NCBI GenBank assembly: GCA_001949185.1
Contig: BDGG01000023.1
Span: 124,176-188,000, forward strand
DNA from: Ramazzottius varieornatus
Taxonomy: Eukaryota > Animalia > Tardigrada
Direction of reading: 5' to 3'
Length of the DNA: 63,825 nucleotides
The translations under genes and the position numbers were made by a program. Of this stretch, positions 51,801-63,825 are shown piece after piece (positions within the stretch are counted from its first letter, which is position 1; every line of letters begins with the position of its first letter). The notes under the pieces were generated by a model. That model saw only the letters and a list, made by a program, of their open reading frames with translations. It did no database searches and was not told where the DNA came from.

Positions 51801-54800
51801 AGGCTAGTTACGTCATGGGAAGCGCATAGCAGCGCAATGTGTTATGTGGTGACATTTATGATCGCATTTCTATCTGTGATTGCAAGTACGCTTCACAGTG
51901 GGAGGGGCGGATCAGGTAAAAATAACATGCATTTTTACGCTCTTATTTCTGCTGCTGTAGATATTTGCTGCAACAGTGCAGTGCGTACATGTACGATGCA
52001 CCCTCGTAGACGTAGCAGAGAGCATAGATTACTTATTCGCGGGACCGCACCCTAACGGGCACTGTTGCCGCCAAGCGAGGCTAAAAGGGAAGAAAACGGA
52101 AACTGGGATGACAAAACCAGCTCCGCAACGACAGCTCGTGCGCAGAAATCCCATGTTAGACCACCTGAAGTGGTTTGACATGGGATAACATGGGGTATCA
52201 AGTCGCATGCAAGGTTTATTAGTAAGCTCAGCGAGCATTACGTAATAGCCTCACACTGTATCGGCGGCAACAAGAGGAATGCGTACATACGTCACGCCTG
52301 ACTTTTAATAATAAAGCCGTTGTCGGACCAGCTCCCATTGAAGGCCGTGCTGGAATGTATGACTTTGTGAGATTTTATTTCTTCCGGCGTAACCCGGCGG
52401 GCCAGCCGTCCTAGCCACACCGGTCGAGCTAGTCACGACTCTGCCAAGGCGTGGCCTTTCTGCGTATTAGACCAATAGTAGTCTTTCATCATTACTAGTG
52501 AGTGCCTATACCGCCTCCGTGTTACACGGCTCTACCGTATACAGAGCGGTTCCTCTATGTAATCTATACTCTCTGGGCGTAGGGAATTGAACATGCAGCG
52601 AGGCCGTGACTGTACTTCAGGATTACGTACTGCCCGGATGCAGTAAATATTTACGATATATGAATTCTCTCTCGTAGTGCATAATCCTACTCACAACTCG
52701 CGATGGAAAAGGTGTGCAAACCAAAACTCTGGCAAAGCATGCAAAGCGGTTGCAGATTCTTACAGAAAAACGGTCATAAGTTTCGGCACAAACGGTTTCC
52801 CACAGGGGAGAGCTGAGCACACTGTATTCCCTCGAACGTTCCGCGCAATCACAGAACATGCCAAAAAATATTGGCGGGAACAGAAAATATCTATGCATTC
52901 AATCAAACACACTCGCCAATCAATTACCATACACAGTCAAGCTAGTTCATCGTTTGGATCTATCGAATGGTTACCGAAATGGTTCGATTGATCCATCGCT
53001 TGGAAAATTATGTTTAAAAAAAGCTACCGCATAGTCTGATACATTGCAATTCTGATTGAACAACACTGTTAGCACGATGGTTGTCGTGTTCACAGCATAC
53101 TATCATCCTTTTGAATATACAGGATTCTGAAGGGCTAAACTGCTGTGCCGAATGCTGCCCCAGCCAATAGCCGAATTTCTGAATTTCTAAATTTCCCAAA
53201 TCAGCAGGCCGTGAGAGCGGGCTTTGAAAAAGCAGGACTGGCCATTTGATTTTTCTCTAAACGTGCTGATCATAACCGAATTTATCCCAAGCTTAAGTTG
53301 GGTTGAAAAAACTGTCTTCAAAGTCTCATTTTTTCTGTGCGCATTTTGTGTAGGTGTCGCGATCAAAACCCCAAATGCTACCAAAACCACCCGACATTGC
53401 AGAATTTTTTCCAGCGTGCTGAGGTCTGGCTTTCTGCTAGTCATCAATTTTGTCGTAGTGGCAAGATCAAGGTAAAGCCAAACGAAAGTCCTAGCCCGAA
53501 AGACTTGAAACTCAAGTCACTCGGCGAAAAATAAGTGAGCCATTACAGACATTAAGTTCCCACCGCTGTATGCAAGCACGACTGTAGCTAAAAAGAGCTG
53601 CAACCTCACTCATAAGCGGAGCAGCTGATTACAACTTTGAATTGTTGGGCAGCCACCATACCTCACAATGCTACCTAACCGTAACCCCGATTACGCTATT
53701 TTCCGAAAATGAGGGGAGCTCAGGAAAGCAAATTGAAGTTACACTTCACGAACGGGGCGGAGCAAGCCGTTACAACAGTCGGAAAGTGGACCGGAGTGGT
53801 GGCAACTCAATCTCTATGTTGTATAGACAAAGAGGACGGTCGTATGCAGAGCGTTTAGCGTTAACATTCGCGGTTGTGGTCAAAGTCGGTGGAGATTTCG
53901 CCAAAACGATGCTCCCGCCTAGCACCGTCAGACTTCTTTGCTCACTGGACGATTGCTGTGTCACCCACCGTTAAGACGATGGGTGATGTCACGCGTCGAA
54001 CGGCCTAGCGCCGGAGCGACCCGTTACCCAAACCTCGACCGCCTACACCGTGTTTTCCGTTAGCGCTTCGCTAGCGACTATCCGCTCTCGCTACAACGGC
54101 CTCCGAAAGTCTTAACGGTGGAGTTTTTACGGCCCATGTTAATTTCGTCCAGCGTTGTTCCGATTATTAAAAGTCGGAATTGAAAATGGCCAATTGTGAC
54201 GGTTTTGGAATTCTGATACAACAAATTACAAGTTCTGGAGTCCAGGGACGCGATGATGATTCTAATGCACAATTGAAATCCAGGATGTTGGTAATTCAAA
54301 TAATAAACGGCACTGAGGAGCACGCGAAGTGCACGTGGATATATCATTTTACACTTTGTGAAGCACCGTCAATGCTTGTTTGAGTGACTAGCCGTGCGCA
54401 CGGGCACGCCACACAGCCCTACAAGAGTTAAAATGGGTACGGAAGGCTTCGCAAAGGTGCTGCAGTTCGTCCTCGTACGCACAACCAGCACCCGATGGGC
54501 CTCTATAGTCTATAGGGTTCTGTGTCTGAACTGAGGTTCAAGTTTATGCTTATGCGATGTACCGCGGCTCCTCCATAACGCACGACAGTCACAATAACTC
54601 GGATAATTTCAATCGTTCTCGAAAGTCCTATTTGAATTAATCGTAATCGATAATATAGCCAGGAAAAGTTACCTGCAATTCAAATTGTTGCTGCGCGAGG
54701 AGTTTTGATTAATCGTAATTGCAATTCAAATTGAAAGAGTCATATCGGAACAACATTGATTTTGTCCACTGAGTAAAGAAGTTTGGTACCGTTGTCTCTG

Positions 54801-55361
54801 ATGACAATTCCGAAAAGCCGCTGTTGCAAAACTAACGATGCATACCACAGTGTCCTTTCTACAGTAAAAGATGTGTTCCGCGGTTGCATCATGATCTCAG
54901 AAAGCTTTGTCAATATGAACATCACAGCTGCGCGGTTACCGACTGGAACCTGTTTTAAGCAGCAAAATTTCGATGGTGCTCCAGCTTGTGTCTGCACAGA
55001 CCGGCAGAACTGTAACGACAAACCGTTCGTTGGTAAGAACACGAAGGGTGAATACGTTACTATTAAAGACAAACCCGACAGCCAGGGGAACGTTATCACG
55101 ACCTCGGGTGGTCCTGGCTCGGCGTTAAGTGTGGACAGACCTGGCTCAAGTAGTCCTCCGGGAAGCGGTGGAGCAGATAATTACGTTGAGACAGCAGTCG
55201 ATGTTACCAACAACCCCGCAGGAGGTGTCGAAGATGGAGCCGGCGGTCAAGGCGGTTCCAGTGGCGGTAGTCAACTCACTGTCCGGAGCACGATCTTTTT
55301 GGTAGCGTTTTTCTTCTTAATAGACATGCAGCCTGCTGACGCGCGTGGTCCTAACTTTTAG
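48874..55361 (+). CDS. Ly6/three-finger (quiver/sleepless-like) GPI-anchored protein, possibly degenerate
   Basis: Exon 48874-49076 (ITQSSCITYATFTNAE...PNC...RNC...LGCQTLF...DGVT G) joins in phase with exon 54865-55361 (VKDVFRGC...GTC...ACVCTDRQNCN, G/S-rich stalk, hydrophobic C-terminus). The last exon is confident, the join is inferred, and the first exon is unresolved. Confidence 0.65.
49671..49845. repeat. Dispersed repeat with an inverted partner at ~54585-54757
   Basis: TTCCAATATGACT...AATTGCAATTACGATTAATC (49679-49722) is near reverse-complementary to GATTAATCGTAATTGCAATT...AGTCATATCGGAA (54707-54750). Weaker similarity continues inward. Confidence 0.65.
49995..50136. mobile_element. 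142-bp CTGTAA MITE, diverged (family copy 3)
   Basis: TA-CTGTAATGCGCCCTCGAACTTCGCG...CTCACGAAGCTTATAG. Same length and collinear with copies 1 and 2. Confidence 0.6.
50449..50766. mobile_element. Mariner-like MITE (318 bp), complete
   Basis: TA-CGAGGTAAAGGTTGTAAACTTAGCC...GGCTAACTTTACAACCTTTCCCTCG-TA. TIR contains two TGTAAA(C/G)TTAGCC subrepeats. Second copy at 17388-17698. Confidence 0.9.
51240..51486. mobile_element. Tc1/mariner-type MITE (247 bp)
   Basis: 62-bp TIR with 2 mismatches (CAGGAGAAGTAAGCATGTGTGACCCAGTG...), internal direct repeat ATGTGTGACCCAGT, TA TSD. Confidence 0.92.
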
Positions 55362-57566
55362 TTTTCTTGCTTCCGCAGAGCTGTTCTTGTTGTGTGTGTA
55401 CAACTTCCCCGTTATCACGTTCTCAGAATCTTGTATACCTTGGCAAAGCGCGACCGCCTGTGTTCTATGTACTGTTTTGCAGTTCAAAAATACTTCGTTT
55501 GCATTGCAACACTTAGATTCTCTTGCTGTATTAAAAGGTCGTTTGTGCTGACGAGCATAAGAATCGTTGGAGCTTATTTTTGATTGAGTGATTTGATATA
55601 GCACTATGACCGGTGAGTTGATCAGAATGAACTCCTCGTGACGTCGATAAACGTTGGGAGGAGCCTGTGTCGGCCAGGCTTCGGCCAAGAAATGGCGAAG
55701 TGGACAATTCTGAGGACGAAGACAGCGCAGTGGTGAGGCTGAGGAAGAATGCGTCGAGGCGTTTGTGCGAAAAACTGTTTTGCGTGCCATGATAGGGCAC
55801 GTTAGGTGGACGAATCCGATGCCTCGTTGGTCAATCGCAGCCTCTAGTGGATTTCGAAATTTCACAACCTGACAAGAGTTACCGGACCGGCACTTCAGCT
55901 GCTCAACAAACTTTTGAGCGATGCTCGGGTATTTCCTAACATTGCGGTAGCACTCTACGATAACTCTGTTCATACCGCAACGGTATCGAGTTCACGTCGG
56001 TTAGAAAATATTTGAATTGTTCATCATGGTCGGCGAACTGAGAAAGTCATCCAGAAAACTGTCTAACCGGTACTCACGAAGATTAGGGTCAAAAAGCTCG
56101 CAATAAAGCAGCTCTAAAACCACGGTAACTGATCCCTACATCGACCCACTGAAATTAAGCATCGTCGCCGCTACTTGCGGTTTGAACAGCTACCGCACTA
56201 GCGCTATAGTCATTCACTATGAATCCATGTTTGTTATCGTACGGTATATAAGGACCACTGATGTGTAAGTACACGTCCCCAGAAAGTTTTTAGCGTGTAT
56301 GTACATCGGAGATGGCTGGTCTAGTGTACTCGCAGCAACTCAAACTTCATTCGAAAAAATCATGTACGCAGGAGGATCAATCCATCTCTTTCTCAATTTT
56401 TTCTCTTCGATATCCAGCTTTTTCCGAGTCACATACTTGCGGTAGATGATCCTTCTTTGTCTATTTACGACGACTGGAATAGAAGACACCCACTTACTTT
56501 CCATTGTGGGGCGTTGCTACACATGTACATGCTATGCTACAAAGGGCAACAGCGAGCGATATCAAGCGTTCGTTTGCTCGATAGCTCGGAAGCAATTGTA
56601 ACTCATGTTTGATCCTGAGTTTAGGCTGAAAGGTCAGGGAATGGCGTAACGGAGCGTTAGGCTTCAGTGTTTCTTTTTTTCTTTCCTTTTTGTCTGGGCT
56701 CGTTTCCCATGGCGAATTTGGAATTGACTCTAACACCATGTATTTTATCTTGTTTGTCAAGTATTTTTACGTACTTTTGTCCGATATTGTTGTGGATGGA
56801 ATGTTACAACGAAAACAAGCTTTCTCTGGTGGCTTAAAGATTAAATGAGGTGACGAGAGAGTCTCATACACGCGACCGGACATGAGGGCTTGCTGTTTTG
56901 AACTGCACAGATTCAGTGTTAACACAAACTATGGACTAAATCCATCAAGCGCTGAAACGGCTCTGCCAAAACGATAGTTCTTCCATCCGAATATGCGTCA
57001 GGTTCGGTGTAGGACCGCTACAGACATTCCGCGCACCAAACGAGTCTCGTTTTCAAGTCCTAGGTTCCCTAACCGTCAAGGCAAAGTGCGTTGATCAATC
57101 ATCCATCATCAAGGGAAAACTGTTCCTTTTTCCGAATTTTTTTCTGATTGTGCGGCAGGATTTTCATCCGTTCCCATCGTCCACCTAGCTTCAAGTAGAG
57201 CAACAGCCTGAAGTGACCACAACAGAAATCAGCATCGCAAGCCTCGCTCCCGGGACTGATAAAGTTGGTTATGCCTGTACTGTTTCCTACGGATTTACCT
57301 AACTATGTTCCATCAGGCGCTCGAGAGCCTTCGCAAACAGAATCACCCAACTCTGGCTCGAGCAATTCATTTGTGAGAGCTGGTTTTTAGAGCATGATTG
57401 TCTTATGTTCTGAAATAACCATGTTCTTCGAACCACTACTTCTTACGAGGTTATCTTGATTCCGTTCGAATGCCGCTGCATTTCATTGATTTCAACGACG
57501 AGGTACCGGGAAGTCGAAATGAAAAACAAAAACGGTTCTTATCTTTCCAATCGAAACGAAAAAATA

Positions 57567-60500
57567 TCAAACCGTAGGCTGGGTAGATACAGTCGGTTCG
57601 TTTTGCACCTGGGTGGGTCTTCTTTGCCGACGCAGGACAGGTGGCGTATACGTCATGTCGCCCAGCTCGATCGCTCCATCGAAAGGGTCGCTATCGCCCC
57701 GAGGAGCCATCATCTGTATCGTACAGTAATAGCCAGATCAGACTTTCCGTTCCAAATGTACAAACAAAGGATCAAAAGTACTTCGGTAATTACCTCAAAT
57801 ATCGATATTTTCTCCCAAGCACCCGTCAATGTCATCGTGAAGTACATGGTTCCCCATATGACAAAAGTCACCGACAAGCTTATTGAGTAGATATCCAAAC
57901 CTACACCACAGATACACAACGCTTTTCAATATACTCGCCCACAAAACAACAAATGAACTGAGACCTGTGATGGCAAGAAAACAGAATTAGATCGCGTTTC
58001 CGAAGTGGCGCAAGCTCTCAACCAGCAGCCCCAAAAGCGTGCAGGTATGTCACTTAGAAAACGATCTCGTCAATTTTTCAAGTGGCGCACGGCCATTGTG
58101 TTTTTGGCTGTGCGCATGCGCCACTTCGGAAATCGATGCTGTTCAGTTTCGTAGCGAAGCTTCAAATGATTGTTTTCACCGTTACGGAGGATGAAGATGA
58201 GAAGTATCCAAATCAGCTGCAGTATGATGGCAAACAAAAATTGGCTGATGGCTACCGAATGGACACTGTTGGGTACGGCAGTTCTCCTGTAGACGTTGCA
58301 CAGCATGTACTGATCCAGCAGATACTTCATCATCAGAGCAATGACGCCGATCAAGGAAATCATTGGGTTGATGAAGGAGTACACGACGATGACGGTGAAC
58401 GCTGTGAGGAAGTTGGCGTACTCCTCACCGAAGTCGAACGCGCGATCGACCTGAAACATACCAGTGCTTCAAGAGAGACCTGCTCTGCCCGGGGTTTTTA
58501 CTTACTCGGCTTGCAATGGCTTCTTCGGCTTTCGATCGGGCTCTACAGCTCCTGACGCAGTAGTCGAAAAGAACATTGACGCGGAACAGGGACATAGCTG
58601 TACCGATGAAAGCGAAGAAGATCAGGTAGTGAATGTAAACCGAGCCATTATCGGGCAAGTTTACACATCTGCAATTGAACACATCGTAAAAAACGAGTCG
58701 GCTGTGTGTAAACTGCCTTACACTGAGAAAACTGCGCTATCGATCACCGTGATACTTCGGTCACTTACTGTCTGCGATATCCTGACAAATCTCCCAGGAA
58801 CACATGAGCAGTTGCACTGAAACACAGAGTCCTTTTTATGCCAATTTTATCAAGCAAGATGCAGAAGAACTGTTTACACGACGAGTCCCACACCAGGAAT
58901 GACGACGACCGCCAGTACGAGATCCGTGAACATGAGCCGCATCTGCGCAATCATCTGTTTCGGCCTGAAAGCACAGAATGCGTCGTTAATTGGTATGCCG
59001 GGAGAGCCAGCCTGTGTCTGACGTTTCTCACTTCGACCAGTATCCCATCCATTCTACGCCCCAAATGATCAGCTGTGGTACCACTTTTTGCATGGCCAAC
59101 AAGACCAAAGCCGGCAAGACTTGCGATACTCCCGGGTACTACAAACAAGATCCACATTGAGGAACTCAATTTTAGCGTGTAGAGCAAAGTGAGAGTACGA
59201 GTACTTGGTCAAGGGTTTGTTGGAGAACAGGAAGGCTCAAGTAGTTCAGGGCGATGACTGCGGAAGTCAGTCCCGCGATAATGGCAAGGAGGAGCAAATT
59301 GACGACCAAGGCTCGAAGGTACCATGTCCACCCTGCCTTCCCCAGGTTGTCCCTGAAGAGTACAGTGGTGAGATTCAGTGGTAGGATTGATACATGACAG
59401 TGAGGCAGATTGCTTACCAGTTTACGCTGGAGGGATGAGGAGCCGCAAAAGCCGTCCAGTTATCCGTATCCAAGTCCCGGGAATGGATGCTCTGTGGTCG
59501 TGAGCGGTCGGCGAGACAGTAAGCACATCGTTGGTAGTCGCCGTGGACCCTGCATGAGAATATAATGCTGTCAGCACCATCTTTCGGTACGTATCGTTCG
59601 CAATTTCCGAAGGAAGGGGAGGCAGTTTAAACTTACTGTTGAGCTTGATGTTCTGTGGCAAAGGTAACGAAAAAGACCGGGTTGATAGTCTTCCATCGCG
59701 AGACTTCCTGGTCCAGCTTTTGCTCGAGCTCACTTTTACGCAATAAGTAGTATTTTTCAGCGTTGGTCTGTGAGAAAATGCAGTAGAAAATGCTTTATTC
59801 GTTCTCCTTCTTCAGCTCTCATCCGGGTACATATCCAGTTTATGTCGCCACGATACACCTGAATAATTGCGTTTTGAGAAACCCGCTATTTCTACCTCGG
59901 TCCCATAGCATCCGCAACATCCACCAAGAGTGATATTCATGTCGGCGCCGCTTGCCTGGCCGGCGCAGTACTTCAGCGCTTCCTCCACATTATTCCTGGC
60001 AGCAACCAGTGACAATTCAAGATGCCGCTTTCGTTATATCGCTGTTCAGGAATTTCCTTACAGTTCTTTCCCGATATGCGACAGATGCCGCACGTCGTAC
60101 GAGAGCGCCACATCTTCCACAGTATATCCCGGGTAAGCTTCCCTATTAAAACAACCAGATCCTGTATTCGGAAGTATTCTTGGATAATTTAACGACCGGC
60201 GACTTCTTTGTCCGTAGTAACGTACCGAAAATGGCTGGCGATTGTTTCCGCATTGGCACGCTTTGGGTTCAGTCCACTGAACATTACGCTTCTTGACCGC
60301 TGTAAAATCGCACCTGATGGACTTTTGCCTTTTCAAAAAGTGAATTGAAGAAGTTGAACTTACATGATTTCTTGTTCCATTAGTCCTTGTTGCTTGAAGT
60401 CCAAAACTCCGCATGGCAGCGATGCCCATCGGAAAAAGGACGATGGTCATAAGCACGGTGAACCACAGTTTTGTCGACCTGAAACATATTGCAGCATCTT

Positions 60501-61564
60501 ATGAGAGACAAGCGGTTTTAATAAGTTTTGTGAAACTGCGGCTCAGTGCGGAATCTTGTCAATCTGCTTACCTGGGGTCAACGTTGGACAATGTCATTCT
60601 TCCCACATTATCACTGTAGAGCGTGCCGGTCAAGTTAACCGGAAGTATGATACATAAAGACATGATGGCTAGGAAGACCGTGAACAGCAGCACGTAACGC
60701 TGGAATCTGACGTATTCCAGAGCTCCCAGTCCACCCCTTGTTAGTAGCTCGTAATCTCTACACAGGATTTACAAGATCGTGTATACAAAGAAAAGGTTGG
60801 GGACAGAGATTTGAGCTGAATTTCTCGAACATACGATTCAGACAGAGCGTGAGTCAATCGGGAGTACCACCGCTGCCGGCGTGACTCGATGTCGTCTTCC
60901 GCCGATCGAGCAACGTTTCTCTGACCGTAAATGGCGGTACCAATTCTGTAACATGCTTGAAAGCGTACCGAAGTGCCCAGAAAATATGCGTAAACATAAG
61001 AAAATTCCCGGATAGGGTGAACGCTTACCCAGCTCTGATGTTGTTTGGTCCTCTGCCGTTGGCGCACTCCTCGTACGAAGGTGGCACATCCGCTTGATTG
61101 AACACCTTTTTCTTCAACAAGATGAACACGGCCAAGGCTAGCTACAAAGATGAACAGGACAGTTGCCATTACTATACTGAACAAAACGTAGGAAATGTTG
61201 GTATTAACTGGAGTTACAAGGTCGAAACCCGTATGGTGCTGACTTAACTATCCCGCGAACAAAGAGTGATCGATATCGGCGTCAAAAAAGGGAGATTTCG
61301 AAGTAATACATCGCCGAAAACGGTTACTTTTTTTAAATTCAAATATGTGGCTGGAAACTCAGAACGTACCGCGAAGACTACACCACAGACTGTTAGGTTC
61401 AGCCATATGCCGTTGTCGTGTGGACCTAAATGGGCCGTTATCCAGCTCCCATCCTCCTGACGGATGGTGTCGCATTGAGTAGCCGGACTTCTCGCGGTCG
61501 CCCTTTCATATCCAGGATTGCCAATCCGCTCTCTTTGTTTCACGATCGCCCCAATCAACGACAT
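57567..61564 (-). CDS. TMEM63: TMEM63/CSC1 (OSCA family) mechano/osmosensitive cation channel, copy 1
   Basis: Spliced exons: ALEYVRFQRYVL...ILPVNLTG...GRMTLSNV, SHFREAYPGYTVEDVALSYDV, FFVTF, NWTAFAAPHPSSVNW|DNL, WTWYLRALVVNL, MGYWSK, CVNLPDNGSVYIHYLI..AFIGTAMSLFR, FDFGEEYA...MKYLLDQY, YTPPVL. The frame appears intact in the exons checked. Confidence 0.93.
57997..58132. repeat. Short foldback/MITE-like element in TMEM63 intron
   Basis: Perfect 16-bp inverted repeat TTTCCGAAGTGGCGCA (57997-58012 / 58117-58132), plus an internal AAGTGGCGCA copy. Confidence 0.6.
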
Positions 61565-62247
61565 CTTCACACTTCGCAGCTCTTCCTCCAGAAAAGAATA
61601 TCAAAGTGGCACTTCCATAGCAGACGGCACAGCCGATTTACTCCACTGATTCTCCTCAACAAAGGATCGCCAGCGTGCTAAAAACGCGAAGTCAACCAGC
61701 TCAACCAAGTGGCTCTTTCCGCTCGCATACTGGCAATGTACTGGGTTGGAATAGACAGGAAATCTGACAGCACAGCGAAGTATGCCGGTAGCATCCCCCC
61801 GAGCGCTCATTGGTTTAAGCAGTCTCGCCGGAGGGGAAACAACTTAGAGGAAAGGTATGCTAGCGGTCCAGTACAACCGTCTTCTTTGCGAGGAGGGCCG
61901 ATACTGCTGAAAACCCGAACGAAACTTCACTGTGCTCTTCACGGACGAAGAAATTTGGGGATGTCTTGAACATACTAAGTAAAAACGGCATCGACGGTTA
62001 ACATAAATCACAGAGGACCAAGCGTACGAAAAAAACAACACGGTAGAAAAAGAGCGAGGAACGATGAGCGGCAGACCCCGATGCAAGAGAAGCTAAACCT
62101 GAGCCCTGAGGTTGAAAGCTGACTAAAACCCAAAAAAACATTTTGATTGTGGGTGTTTGCAACGCAACTTATACGAAAGAGGGGTGAACGCGGTGTTAGG
62201 AACTAAGAGGAAGGAAAGTGCGAGAGTGTAGAGTAACTTTGACTTCT

Positions 62248-63339
62248 TTACCGCCCAGATGCAGCAGCATTGGCAATAAAGCCCGGTGTCCGTCGGTCGT
62301 CCACAAAGGGTTCTTCAACCTGCGGTCCATGGAAACCCCGTGCGGCGTCCGCGTCTGATCCGACGGGACTCGTTAGGTTTCGCGCTTCGAAGTTCTGGAG
62401 GACCGGTGGGATGTACTCGCTGCGGGCCCGTCTGGTGGGCGTACCGACGGGAGTGTTGGCTGGTGTGTCGATGTCGTCTTGACTGAACTCCTGCAGAAAA
62501 TCCACTTTCAGTCTGCCTTTGTTACTTTGAGATTACTGAAGTTTCTCCTCAACAGACTTGGGGGCTCAGCAAACAGACTCCCCAAGCTTCTTTTACCAAG
62601 TGGCGCACGAATACAGTGTTACTGATTGACAATGTGCCCACTTGGGAAAATAATCTTGGCAAGTTCCCAACTGGCGCATGTTTCAAGCGTTTTTACCTGG
62701 AAGTGTGCGCCACTTGGAACACGATCTCGTGGAGTTGGCTTGTCGAGAAGTCAAATGCTTTTTTATTGCAATTTTTTTTATTTCTTAACTCCCGGGTTGA
62801 ATTCTTTCTGACCTTCGCAAATTCCATTCTAGTGGAATTTTTGAACTTACTTCGACCAGAGAAGCTTTGCTGAAAAGTCCGAACCAGCTAATGGCGATGT
62901 AAATGAGCCCGTTAATGACCAGTGAAGTGATCAGCAGAGCACTTTGAGCGTTCACCCCACCTGGGAAAATAAGCATGAACGTAAACACTGAATTTCTTGT
63001 GTCACTGAAAACCCCAAAAAATAAATCGGGTGAACTAAAGGCGTGAAAACTAGGAAATTTTGTCTCACTGTCGCGGAAGGTAAAGAAGAAGATCATGACG
63101 CCGTTCTGGAGGAGGATGGCCACCAGGAAGTGATTGACGGCAGCTGCGTGGACGCTGTTGGGTGCTTCGGACTTGCCAAAGGCGTAGATGAGGTTGTAGC
63201 GATCGACAAGATGCTTCATGATCAACGCGATGAGGCCGAAGAAGGTGATCATCGGACAGATGAACGAGTACACCGCCACAATGGTGAAGGTTAGCAAGAA
63301 GTCTGGATAGTATTCCATGAAGGGGAATACGTTCTTCAA
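62248..63339 (-). CDS. TMEM63: TMEM63/CSC1 channel, copy 2 (3' exons only; gene extends beyond the window)
   Basis: FPFMEYYPDFL...YSFICPMITFFGLIALIMKHLVDRYNLIYAF...VHAAAVNHF, final TM, and EYIPPVL. Confidence 0.92.
62596..62717. repeat. Foldback/MITE-like element in TMEM63 copy 2 intron
   Basis: 13-bp inverted repeat CCAAGTGGCGCAC (62596-62608 / 62705-62717) with degenerate internal copies. Confidence 0.55.
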
Positions 63340-63825
63340 CTGTTTGAAAAGGAATCGACGTTAAATTTTTTCCGGTTGATCACCCTCCTCCGTACCTTTA
63401 CATCTGGCTTTGATACTGTACAGGGTGATCCCTGTAGGTTGGAACGATTTTGAAAATTCGTGGTAAAGTCGCTTCTAGCTATACATTTCCGAACTTCAAC
63501 TCGTTCGATAGAGCATGTCTTCATCTTGAATTTTTGTGAAAGTCTCCTCAACGAAACATTGATCGTTTGATTGCTGAGAGCCACTGAAAACATGAATTTT
63601 ACGGGTAAAAAGTTGGAACCTCAGTTACATTATTTATATCTGACGGCCAAAACGACTACATTTCCTCACAAAATTTTGTGATGAAGGAAGTACGTCTCGA
63701 CTGAATATTGGGAAATAAGCCGACCGCTCGAACACGCTGCGGACGGAGACACTGAAAATAGTCCAAAAAATACGCGGAAAATTTTGCCTACCCCCCTCAG
63801 TAACAGCAATTTTGTCGCTCACAGA

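Noticed and set aside
55317-55973. 218-aa minus-strand ORF
   Set aside because: Random-like composition, no motifs, and it lies antisense to the Ly6 3' region.
1-63825. Prokaryotic operon, defence system, CRISPR or horizontally transferred bacterial gene
   Set aside because: Recognisable intact genes carry spliceosomal introns and belong to eukaryotic families. No intronless bacterial-type ORF or repeat-spacer array was seen.

Overview
Eukaryotic, intron-rich animal DNA with many short GT-AG introns, so the six-frame ORF track shows only exon fragments. The gene content most resembles a tardigrade (inference): ANF-receptor-type ectodomain genes, NR-motif orphan GPCR, gustatory receptor, DL-motif MAP3K-like kinases, and a secreted FABP/SAHS-like protein. 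Genes reconstructed by manual splicing: PPEF/rdgC phosphatase; three natriuretic-receptor-like genes with no kinase-homology or cyclase module (one intact, one damaged, one degenerate); an orphan spliced gene; a GH47 mannosidase pseudogene; a 4-TM protein; a class A GPCR; an SLC18B1-like MFS transporter; a tandem pseudokinase-kinase; a gustatory receptor; a 218-aa secreted FABP/SAHS-like protein; a Ly6/quiver-like GPI protein split by a 5.8-kb intron; and two tandem TMEM63/CSC1 channels. About a dozen short non-autonomous DNA transposons have readable terminal inverted repeats (TIRs) and, mostly, target-site duplications (TSDs): hAT, mariner-like, pogo/Tc2-like, PIF-like, and one with a 7-bp TSD. 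A 557-bp duplication across the N-gap is probably an assembly artefact. No rRNA, tRNA, CRISPR or prokaryote-like operon was recognised. All family calls rest on motif recognition by eye, not database searches.
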